From IMG/VR virus record IMGVR_UViG_3300038465_000091, positions 62,001 to 126,000 of that record: DNA of 64,000 bases; one strand, given 5' to 3'. Under the pieces are notes generated by a model, which saw only the letters and a list, made by a program, of their open reading frames with translations, ran no database searches and was not told the origin of the DNA. Below are positions 1 through 7,067 of this stretch, piece by piece (position 1 is the first letter of the stretch; the number at the start of each line of letters is the position of its first letter). A program made the position numbers and the translations under genes.

Positions 1-158
1 GTTAGCTGGCACGCTGTTCTTTGCAGTCCCGAACTTCCTCCCCTGCGCTCAACGCCGGACTTGGTTGGGTATTTCACATCAACACTGCCGATGCGAATCT
101 TACACGCTTCCAAGCACAGGACGTATATCTACGCAGCAGCGGTCGTCCAATTCAACAC
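1..158 (-). ncRNA. rnpB: RNase P RNA (bacterial type), 5' portion; 3' part lies beyond the window start
   Basis: Minus strand reads GTGTTGAATTGGACGACCGCTGCTGCG...GCGCAGGGGAGGAAGTTCGGGACTGCAAAGAACAGCGTGCCAGCTAAC. This is colinear with the conserved bacterial RNase P 5' region (E. coli-type ...GGGGAGGAAAGTCCGGGCTCCATAGGGCAGGGTGCCAGGTAAC). P3 is closed by CTGCG/CGCAG, and the gene follows the tRNA cluster. Confidence 0.85.
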
Positions 159-234
159 AAATTTTCAAAGACCTAATAGACGATGCAAAAGCTTTGTTCT
201 GCACTCAATCACCCGATAAACTGGGCGATGATTT

Positions 235-309
235 TGGAGCACCCGGTCGGTGTCGAGCCGACTCATAATGGTTTTGCAGACCATTGCGTTCCCGTTTCGC
301 CACGGATGC
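235..309 (-). tRNA. tRNA-Cys(GCA)
   Basis: Cloverleaf GCATCCG...CGGGTGC-T-CCA; anticodon arm ATGGT-CTGCAAA-ACCAT; CCA encoded. Confidence 0.92.
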
Positions 310-313
310 AAAT

Positions 314-694
314 TTAAATGCGTTTCAATACCTGTGCTTCTTCAAAAGTCGCTAGGCGGTGATGATTAGCACAAAGCACATCACACTTTGCGGCTTCTCG
401 CTTCACTCGTACAAGGGACCAACCCTTCTTACGGGTTTCAGATAAATTCAGTTCTTTTGTCGCCCTATCGCGATGGGCAAAATCTAAACAGACTGGATGT
501 TCCCGCCATCCGCAAACTTTACAACCCATCTCCATTTTGTAAGCGTCCAGCCATTGACAAATAACGGCTATCCGCTTTTTATCATTCTTCCGCACCGCTT
601 TCAAGTGTCGTGCCTTCCGAACTGGATCGGCGTAATACCGCTTCCAGTACCCAGCACGATATTCCTTGCGCTTCTTGCAATCCTTCAACGGCAT
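314..694 (-). CDS. HNH-type (His-Me finger) endonuclease-like protein inserted in the tRNA cluster
   Basis: CKVCG...LDFAH...KCDVLCANHH motif; basic N-terminus; lies between two tRNA genes. Confidence 0.75.
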   Translation of the reverse strand: MPLKDCKKRKEYRAGYWKRYYADPVRKARHLKAVRKNDKKRIAVICQWLDAYKMEMGCKVCGWREHPVCLDFAHRDRATKELNLSETRKKGWSLVRVKREAAKCDVLCANHHRLATFEEAQVLKRI

Positions 695-699
695 AAATT

Positions 700-773
700 T
701 GGCGGGGATACGGAGAATTGAACTCCGATTTTATGATAGACAGTCAAATGTCCTACCCTTGAACGATATCCCC
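700..773 (-). tRNA. tRNA-Asp(GTC)
   Basis: GGGGATA/TATCCCC acceptor, G73, CCA; anticodon loop CT-GTC-TA. Confidence 0.9.
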
Positions 774-785
774 GTTCTTAAATTT

Positions 786-860
786 TGGTGGACACGGGGG
801 GATTTGAACCCCTTCTTTCACTTTGCAAGAGTGACGCATTCCCAGTTATGCTACCGGCCC
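786..860 (-). tRNA. tRNA-Ala(TGC) with irregular (bulged) acceptor stem
   Basis: TCACT-CTTGCAA-AGTGA anticodon arm; G3:U70; A73; CCA. Confidence 0.85.
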
Positions 861-1075
861 ATTTTTGCTGGTTTCGCGACACTCTTCGTGCCGTGTACCA
901 GATCAAACTCTAATTGCCGAACCACCATCAGGTCCATCTTGAACAGGGCTTCATCCTCGGTGTCGGCAGATGCGACTAGGCCGAGGGTGGGGTGAACCAC
1001 TTTGAATCCCCAATCATACCTCTCGACCTCCACGGTCGTTACCAGCTTGACGATGCGTTGTCTGTCGCGTTTCAT
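851..1075 (-). CDS. Small HicB-like (RNase H-fold antitoxin-like) protein
   Basis: ATG at 1075 after GGAG; VVHPTLGLVASADTEDEAL resembles the HicB P-x-L-x3-G/A-x-T-x-E-E-A signature. Confidence 0.45.
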   Translation of the reverse strand: MKRDRQRIVKLVTTVEVERYDWGFKVVHPTLGLVASADTEDEALFKMDLMVVRQLEFDLVHGTKSVAKPAKMGR

Positions 1076-1090
1076 CTTCTCTCCGAATCT

Positions 1091-1169
1091 TGGTACGCCG
1101 AGAGGGACTCGAACCCCCGATAATACTTGCTTGTAGGGCAAGTGGTTTCGCCGCTCACGCCATCGGCGT
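1091..1169 (-). tRNA. tRNA-Val(TAC)
   Basis: ACGCCGA/TCGGCGT acceptor, A73, CCA; anticodon arm CTTGC-CCTACAA-GCAAG; GGTTCGAGTCC T-arm. Confidence 0.9.
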
Positions 1170-1180
1170 AAATTTACCGC

Positions 1181-1214
1181 AAAAACAAAAAGGACGCCTT
1201 TTTAGGGGCGTCCT
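1181..1214 (-). terminator. Intrinsic terminator directly upstream of tRNA-Val (attenuator terminator)
   Basis: Minus strand AGGACGCC-CCTAAAAA-GGCGTCCT followed by TTTTGTTTTT. Confidence 0.85.
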
Positions 1215-1266
1215 CGGAATTCGTTGGTTTTAGGCTATTTAGCCACCCCAACCATCCAAGGACACC
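1207..1266 (-). promoter_or_regulatory. Antiterminator hairpin, mutually exclusive with the terminator
   Basis: GGTGTCCTTGGA (1255-1266, inside the leader ORF) pairs over 12 bp (2 G:U) with TCCGAGGACGCC (1207-1218), which contains the terminator 5' arm. The helix is extended by GTTGG/CCAAC and GGCTA/TAGCC. Confidence 0.8.
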
Positions 1267-1385
1267 ATATCTCCTACCGGCGCCGCGTCAGCGGCGACAG
1301 TACCGCGTTCGGCTGTACAAGCCGACAGGACCACGCCTGCACAGACGACCGTCACGACAACACCGTCTTGGAGAATGGAGTTCAT
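1239..1385 (-). CDS. Putative attenuator leader peptide (48 aa; Val/Ala/Gly/Asp/Cys-rich)
   Basis: MNSILQDGVVVTVVCAGVVLSACTAERGTVAADAAPVGDMVSLDGWGG*; the stop codon lies inside the antiterminator hairpin. Confidence 0.7.
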   Translation of the reverse strand: MNSILQDGVVVTVVCAGVVLSACTAERGTVAADAAPVGDMVSLDGWGG

Positions 1386-1397
1386 AAGCGTCTCTAT

Positions 1398-1427
1398 TTA
1401 CAATACTCGGTATTCAGGAAACTTGCA
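1398..1427 (-). promoter_or_regulatory. Sigma70-like promoter for the leader/tRNA operon
   Basis: Minus strand TTGCAA-17 nt-TATTGT, 12 nt upstream of the leader ATG. Confidence 0.55.
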
Positions 1428-1451
1428 ACAACTATTTTTCAGAAAAGTTTG

Positions 1452-1525
1452 AGGGCGCAACCACGGACGAACCGTGTGATCTTCTGTCTTGCTACGGCTA
1501 TCAGCCGCCTTCCGAACTGCGCCCC
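1452..1525 (-). ncRNA. Unidentified small structured RNA
   Basis: Closing stem GGGCGCA/TGCGCCC with internal hairpins CGGCT-GAT-AGCCG and CACGG-TTCGT-CCGTG. Confidence 0.4.
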
Positions 1526-1537
1526 GATGAAAATACA

Positions 1538-1688
1538 TCGGCTACAGTAACCCTGCACGTTGAACTGGTGCCAGCTAGAGTTCGGGACCGTTGCCACCGT
1601 TGCACCTGAGGTACACCGGATTATGCGGGTCATGACTCCCGTGACAGTGGGTTTTAGCCCTAGCCAGCCGTGCACAGTATGCAGCCGA
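1538..1688 (-). ncRNA. Unidentified ~150-nt rod-like structured RNA
   Basis: Nested helices TCGGCTGCA/TGTAGCCGA, TGCACG/CGTGCA, GCTAGGG/CTCTAGC, TGTCAC/GTGGCA; immediately downstream of tRNA-Ala. Confidence 0.5.
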
Positions 1689-1700
1689 ATCTCAAAATTT

Positions 1701-1775
1701 TGGTGGACCTAGAGGGAATTGAACCCCCGACATCAGCCTTGCAAAGGCTGCGTTCTCCCGCTGAACTATAGGCCC
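1701..1775 (-). tRNA. tRNA-Ala(TGC)
   Basis: GGGCCTA/TAGGTCC acceptor with G3:U70; CAGCC-TTTGCAA-GGCTG anticodon arm; CCA. Confidence 0.95.
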
Positions 1776-1973
1776 AACCCCTTTCGGACGCGGTACACGT
1801 GCTACCCGTCGTCCTTAGGGCTCCCCCTCGTGCGATCCTCATGCCCGTGACAGGGTGATTGAAGACGGGGGCTGCGGTGCATACTCTAGAACTGTCACGT
1901 CCTATTGCCTTTTACGGCAGAGCAGGGGCAGAACGCAGGCTCACATTAAGATAATACCGTAGTCTGGGGATTC

Positions 1974-2222
1974 TTACAAGCGGGTCGTGACTTCTTTGTA
2001 GATGCCATCCACCCGTTCAACGAATCCGTAAATGCCCGTGTGCTGTTCCAGCCAGCGGGTAGTCTTGTTGTCCGACCGTGTAGGACCGATCAGCTTGCCC
2101 AATCGATCTTCCAGCGTGCGGGCCTTCTTCTCGTTGCCGCACACGTGCCGCACGAACCTTTGACGCGGCGAAGCGTCGTAGTCATAGACCAGCAAGTTGA
2201 TGTAGACCTTTTCAGTCTTCAT
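1974..2222 (-). CDS. Hypothetical protein (82 aa)
   Basis: ATG at 2222 (MKTEKVYINLLV...), overlapping the end of the small upstream ORF. Confidence 0.6.
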   Translation of the reverse strand: MKTEKVYINLLVYDYDASPRQRFVRHVCGNEKKARTLEDRLGKLIGPTRSDNKTTRWLEQHTGIYGFVERVDGIYKEVTTRL

Positions 2223-2340
2223 GCGCCCCCGTCCAGCCGAGCACCCGCTCCAGCCCTGTCTCGAACATACCACCAGCCCACATGCGCCACAGGACGAACG
2301 CAACATTGAGCGATAAAACAACGACACCAGCGGTTTCCAT
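2212..2340 (-). CDS. Small putative membrane peptide (42 aa)
   Basis: AAGGGAG RBS; METAGVVVLSLNVAFVLWRMWAGG... hydrophobic stretch. Confidence 0.45.
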   Translation of the reverse strand: METAGVVVLSLNVAFVLWRMWAGGMFETGLERVLGWTGAHED

Positions 2341-2539
2341 AAAGGCACTCCCTTAAACTACGATCTCAATCAACTTCCCCGTATTCTTTGGGGGAGGGCG
2401 GGGCGCAGGATGACCGTAACTTCTTCGACCAGTAAACCACGTCTGGCTGTTAACGGCGTCCTGCGTCCCAAATGTTGTGGGTCGGTTGATTACCGACCAG
2501 TTAGCGTTGTTTCCGAGGCCGTAGCCTATAGAGATTAAG

Positions 2540-2624
2540 TCTCGGGGCGGCAGGAATCGAACCCAGCTAGCCTCCCACGCATTTCTTCTGTGGGTGTGCT
2601 TCCATTACACCATCGCTCCCGAGA
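2540..2624 (-). ncRNA. tRNA-like element with expanded anticodon loop, extended acceptor stem and no CCA
   Basis: D-arm GTGTAATGGAAGCAC; stem CCCAC/GTGGG with an 11-nt loop; T-arm GGTTCGATTCC; closing stem TCTCGGG/CCCGAGA. Confidence 0.65.
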
Positions 2625-2767
2625 TTTGAGTCGTTCAATTCGTGCCCATACGATCCACCTCAGATGGTTGGGTACTCCATTTGAACATCGTACCCGTACT
2701 AAACCGTTACGGGCAGAACGTGTCTGCCACGACTGGCTTTCGGGGTGCGTGTCCCTTAACGATTCCA

Positions 2768-3736
2768 TTATACCAAACTCAGGGGAGGAATCGCTAGGAA
2801 TCTGAAATTATTTTTCGTGGTGCCGTCCATCAGCGGACGGAACACCCACGCCTTGACCAGCCCCTCGTGCATTTCAACGTCGATCTTGAGCAGCCTGATG
2901 TTCGACTCGGTGCGGTAAATCATGTTCTCGCGAATCTCTTCGTACTCAGGCGTGCCTTTGGCGAACGTCTCGGTGACGGAGGTACGCTTGCCGCCTTCAT
3001 ACTTCTCTCGCGTGCGGTCCAGCGTCAACATGGTGCTTGCCTTCAACTCTTTCAGGTACTTGCGGTTCCCTGCAAGCTGCGGGCGAAGAACCTGCGCCAA
3101 CCACTGCTTGTTGCCTTCACACGAGAATTCGTAGGGCAGGAAATCACAGCCGAAGCAGCGCCCGACGCGGTAGCCAGAGTGGTTGTATTCCGACATCTGG
3201 TAGCCGTGGTGCACCATTTTCTGCTCGTCGGTGAGCTTCTGGCGGTTCTGACAGATGGTGCAGGTGCCCGTGTTAGCGATCTCGGCGGCGAGTGCTTCCG
3301 GGGTTTTGTTGGTGACGTTCGGCTTGCGGCCCTTCTCGATGAAGGGTTTCACTTCCTTGATAAACTTGCCGATTTCAACCAGTTCCCGCAGGTATTCCAT
3401 GTATTCCAGAATGATCGTGTTGGCGTAGCCATTCTTCTTTTCGAGGTTGCGGAGCAGCTTGGGGGCGCTGATGGGGGTCATGTAGCCGCTGATGTCGTAA
3501 CGCGGGTCGTTGTGGCTGAAGTCGTAGTCGTTGCTGGCCCGACGCTCAACGTAGAAAGGCTCGGCGGCGACGGTCATCGCTTGTTCAATGCAACGTGAAA
3601 CCGTGTCCTTGGCGTTCTGAAAATCGACGTTCCAGATGTGGTGTTCTTTGACGCCCAGTTCGAGGACCGACAAGGCGGTTTGAAAACGCTCGACGTTTGC
3701 TGGCTGGAGGGCGGCGGTGATTTTGTTCGTCTTCAT
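2768..3736 (-). CDS. Hypothetical protein with CxxC...HHG...C putative Zn-binding motif
   Basis: 322-aa ORF; GTCTICQ...MVHHGY...CFG; GGTATAAT promoter just upstream. Confidence 0.75.
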   Translation of the reverse strand: MKTNKITAALQPANVERFQTALSVLELGVKEHHIWNVDFQNAKDTVSRCIEQAMTVAAEPFYVERRASNDYDFSHNDPRYDISGYMTPISAPKLLRNLEKKNGYANTIILEYMEYLRELVEIGKFIKEVKPFIEKGRKPNVTNKTPEALAAEIANTGTCTICQNRQKLTDEQKMVHHGYQMSEYNHSGYRVGRCFGCDFLPYEFSCEGNKQWLAQVLRPQLAGNRKYLKELKASTMLTLDRTREKYEGGKRTSVTETFAKGTPEYEEIRENMIYRTESNIRLLKIDVEMHEGLVKAWVFRPLMDGTTKNNFRFLAIPPLSLV

Positions 3737-3793
3737 GTCCCTATTATACCCCGAAACTCGTTGAAACCGCTAGGAATTGCGGTATTATTTAGT

Positions 3794-4132
3794 ATGACAG
3801 ACCAACGCAAGGAACACGCCCTACGGTTAGAAGTTATTGAAAACAGGGTATTTATGGTTGTAAAAGAGGTAACCGACCGTAACGATCCCGAAATGTTACT
3901 AAAGGTTGGGGCTCCGAGTGATGAATATGACCCGATTTCGAGACGGATTGCCGAGGGTTGGGTGCATAACGGACAGGGACGGGTGGGTGAGACGGGGTTG
4001 GCACACATTATCGCCCTGCAATGGCATTATTCGTTCGGCGATTGGACGAAGCCCGTACAGTTTTTCTCCGTGTATTTCGAGATGGCTAAGGAAATGCTTC
4101 CACTAATGTCGTGGGATACCCCCACAGCCTAA
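3794..4132 (+). CDS. Hypothetical protein (DUF1871-like GAPxDEYD motif)
   Basis: ATG 5 nt after a GGTATTAT promoter motif (leaderless); DP...GAPSDEYD motif. Confidence 0.6.
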   Translation: MTDQRKEHALRLEVIENRVFMVVKEVTDRNDPEMLLKVGAPSDEYDPISRRIAEGWVHNGQGRVGETGLAHIIALQWHYSFGDWTKPVQFFSVYFEMAKEMLPLMSWDTPTA

Positions 4133-4293
4133 TTACAGGCTGCTGGAGCCCCCGCCCCATCCACTGGAGGCGCATCACACCACGCTTTGGCAGGATCGTT
4201 TTTCTGAACCCTGTGGTGCCCCACCACCGCTGAGACCCCGAGTACGAAGACCCAAATCAAACAGGCGATGAGAATTAGTGTGCGGGGTTTCAT
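4129..4293 (-). CDS. Small membrane/secreted peptide (54 aa)
   Basis: MKPRTLILIACLIWVFVLGVSAVV...; ATGA overlap with the upstream gene. Confidence 0.5.
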   Translation of the reverse strand: MKPRTLILIACLIWVFVLGVSAVVGHHRVQKNDPAKAWCDAPPVDGAGAPAACN

Positions 4294-4589
4294 CCGCTCA
4301 CCAGTCCGCCGCGAGGCGCGGGCGGCACATCAAGAGCGTTCGCTATCAGGACAGAGTTTAGCTCGCATTCCACAAACGCGATCTGGCTCGGGCAGAGCAG
4401 GATGAAATGATCTTTTGAGGGTTGACGTAACATACCAACCTGTGCATACTGGTTGAACATACGCTGCATCACAATCATGCGCTGCTGGTCGAATGTGATG
4501 TTTGGATCGTTAGCTGCCGGGGCGGTGATTTCTTGATCTTCTATTTCACCATCAACTCTGGTGATCTTAAATTTTAGCTGGATGTCCAT
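4290..4589 (-). CDS. Hypothetical protein
   Basis: 99-aa ORF with AAGGAAG RBS downstream of the reductase. Confidence 0.7.
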   Translation of the reverse strand: MDIQLKFKITRVDGEIEDQEITAPAANDPNITFDQQRMIVMQRMFNQYAQVGMLRQPSKDHFILLCPSQIAFVECELNSVLIANALDVPPAPRGGLVSG

Positions 4590-4637
4590 TATCTTCCTTT
4601 TCCTCGTCGATACGGAGACTATACGGAGAAAACGAGC

Positions 4638-6908
4638 TTATATCCATTTATACTGGAATTCGAGCGGCAACGGTGTGTGTTTTTGTAATTCCCCTAGAAA
4701 AGTTGGAGGCACTAACCCAGAAAACTCACACTGCCCCCCAGCGCAGGCCGATGTTTCCTCTATGGTGGTGGTATCTTCGTCCTCTATCAACTGACTATAA
4801 TCGACCACTACGGTCTCACGGCGCAAATCACACCAGAGCTTCCAGTTATTCACCTCTTTCAAACAGTAGCTCATGCGCCGAAGATCACCTTCGAAATATC
4901 GTTCGGCAAATTGTTTCGCCCGGCGAACCCAGTCAATCTGTTCGAGGGTAAACTTTTCGGATTCGGGAATGGCACCTAAAGCCGCGTCACACGCTTTCCA
5001 CAAATCGTCTGGGAAAACATGAAGTCCATCGACAATTAACCCCGAAGCCATCAGGCTACCGTCGCCATACATTCGAGCAATCTCCGTTGGGGTGTGGATA
5101 GCTAGAAATGGGGCCTGACGATAATCCAAATCCCCCATGTCCGACAACAAAGACACTCCCGCAAGATGCTCGCGGTTTTCGTAGATGAACCCTTCGACCG
5201 CATCCCATTCATCGGCTCTAACGTTGATCGTATTGGAAACGTTATGACGGAGCCACGGGGCGGTGCAGCGTTCAAGCACCTTGCCAGCCGCTACCCAATT
5301 TTGCTGGGTCAAACAGACGTGCTCCAATTGCGTGCGGGCGTTCTCCCCATCTTTCGTTTTTGCCGATTCACGAGTTTCGATGCAAAAGGAAATTATGCTG
5401 TCAGTGCCGTTCGCGCTCCAGAAACTCTTTTCGACGGCGCGAGGATTGTGCTTCTTGAAAAACAAGTATGGAGCTTCCAACTCGTTTGCCTGCACCCTGC
5501 GGATGTACCGCTTGGCGTGATGGAAATGGACGCCGCTGGATGTACCCAGCAGACACGCGGAATTTCCTGAGGGCTTCACGCAAGTGCTTCTGGCGGATGG
5601 GTTGATTCCAAGTTTCCGAGCAATATCCTCATTGACACTCACGACCAGTTGTGCCATTTCGCGCTGGGTCTCGGGGTTGAAAAGCACCTCAGGATTTTCC
5701 ATCATTCCTGTGATGGAAACCCCCAGAAGGGCCTCTCGTTCCACTATTCGCTTTGTTGCCTCTCCCAGATACGGGAAGTCTGTGTAAGCCGCCTGCAACG
5801 TGCCTATGATGGCACCCGCCCGTGCTGCTATGGCAAAATCTTCTTTGGTGCGGCATTTACCGCCATTGATTTCACACAAGTTGCAGAATGCCCAACCCGA
5901 TTCGCCTGTTGTGATATCGAGTGGGTACATTCCGATTTCCACACAAGGATTGAAGAGCATTTCCGTGGAATCGGACCACACAAACCCGGGCTCTCCGAAC
6001 TGCTTCACCGAACTCATGAATGCATGGAATTGTTCGCGTGTCGTGTCCGAGCGCAGAAGCAGGACGCTGTTGTTAGACCGCCCTCGCTGGGGATCGGTAT
6101 ACGACCAAGAACCTGTTTTGGCATTCAACATCAGATCGTCGTCAGGTGAGAAAACACAGATGGTAGCCGACCGTCTCACCCCGCCACTGAGCACCGCATC
6201 GCTGGCGTGCATCACCAGATCATAAGCGTCGATGGTACGCAATTTGGTTTGTCCGTTGCTGATGCAACGATCAAGCAACCCACGTATATTCTCCAAGGAT
6301 TTCTTGAGAGGTTCTGGGCCGGGAGCTTTACCGACGCCCGAAGAAAGATAACTCCCCTTCGGTCGGATTTTGCTATAATCAAATTTGACCGTAGTTCCAA
6401 GCCATTCCATCAGACCATCAGATGGGAAGTAGCTCGCAAGTAGTACACCGAGAGCGTCAGCCCAACCTTCGATTGAGTCTGGAATCGTGAACACTTTCTC
6501 GGGGAAAGACCCACCATTCATGCGGGAAGACAAAAAACTCGGAAGTTTGGCGATATGGTGTTTTTGTACTGAGAACCCCACACCACAACCACTTAGCAGG
6601 AGCCACAAAGCTTCTTGGAAAAATTTGATGCGGTCGCAGTAGGACACAACGCAGTTGTACATTCGGGCGTTGTTGCGGAGGATAGGTCGCCCGCCGTATT
6701 GAAGGGCTCTCTGAGAGCCTAGAACGCGCTTAGCCCTCACTTGGTTAAATGCCCATCGAATCTCTTCTTCGACCTGTGGGAAACGGTCTAAGTGCATTTG
6801 TTGCACACGGTCAACGGCTTCGTGCCAAATTTCTCGACGTTTCGTTGCTTGATCGTAACGGGCGTACTTTGAATTGAAGGTATAATCTTGTAGTGCTTTG
6901 ATGGACAT
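4638..6908 (-). CDS. nrdJ: Class II (adenosylcobalamin-dependent) ribonucleotide reductase
   Basis: YNC, GCGVGFSV, SGGVRRSA, NPCVEI, CNLCEING, TCVKPSG and C-terminal CAGGQCE redox pair; no adjacent beta-subunit gene. Confidence 0.9.
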   Translation of the reverse strand: MSIKALQDYTFNSKYARYDQATKRREIWHEAVDRVQQMHLDRFPQVEEEIRWAFNQVRAKRVLGSQRALQYGGRPILRNNARMYNCVVSYCDRIKFFQEALWLLLSGCGVGFSVQKHHIAKLPSFLSSRMNGGSFPEKVFTIPDSIEGWADALGVLLASYFPSDGLMEWLGTTVKFDYSKIRPKGSYLSSGVGKAPGPEPLKKSLENIRGLLDRCISNGQTKLRTIDAYDLVMHASDAVLSGGVRRSATICVFSPDDDLMLNAKTGSWSYTDPQRGRSNNSVLLLRSDTTREQFHAFMSSVKQFGEPGFVWSDSTEMLFNPCVEIGMYPLDITTGESGWAFCNLCEINGGKCRTKEDFAIAARAGAIIGTLQAAYTDFPYLGEATKRIVEREALLGVSITGMMENPEVLFNPETQREMAQLVVSVNEDIARKLGINPSARSTCVKPSGNSACLLGTSSGVHFHHAKRYIRRVQANELEAPYLFFKKHNPRAVEKSFWSANGTDSIISFCIETRESAKTKDGENARTQLEHVCLTQQNWVAAGKVLERCTAPWLRHNVSNTINVRADEWDAVEGFIYENREHLAGVSLLSDMGDLDYRQAPFLAIHTPTEIARMYGDGSLMASGLIVDGLHVFPDDLWKACDAALGAIPESEKFTLEQIDWVRRAKQFAERYFEGDLRRMSYCLKEVNNWKLWCDLRRETVVVDYSQLIEDEDTTTIEETSACAGGQCEFSGLVPPTFLGELQKHTPLPLEFQYKWI

Positions 6909-7067
6909 TTCTAATTTTCCTTACGAGGTCGGCGGCGGATAAAATTATTTGCTCGATGTATTAGCTTTCGAGATTGGGTGAACAGTTTCACGGGTGTTTT
7001 TCATTTCGCCTGTGTTGATGGGTTTTTCGTCAAGGGGCTTTTTCGTTTTCACAGTGCTGTTGGGAAA

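Noticed and set aside
1538-1945. Assignment to a known riboswitch or ribozyme (twister, hammerhead, SRP, raiA, GOLLD)
   Set aside because: The diagnostic conserved motifs could not be matched by eye, so these RNAs are left unidentified.
65-2805. Track ORFs overlapping tRNAs or structured RNAs (e.g. 666-995, 1224-1550, 1439-1675, 1660-1842, 2535-2768)
   Set aside because: Explained by RNA genes or antisense to the leader peptide; no RBS or protein motifs.
2867-3598. 243-aa plus-strand ORF
   Set aside because: Antisense shadow of the 2768-3736 gene, with no recognisable motifs.
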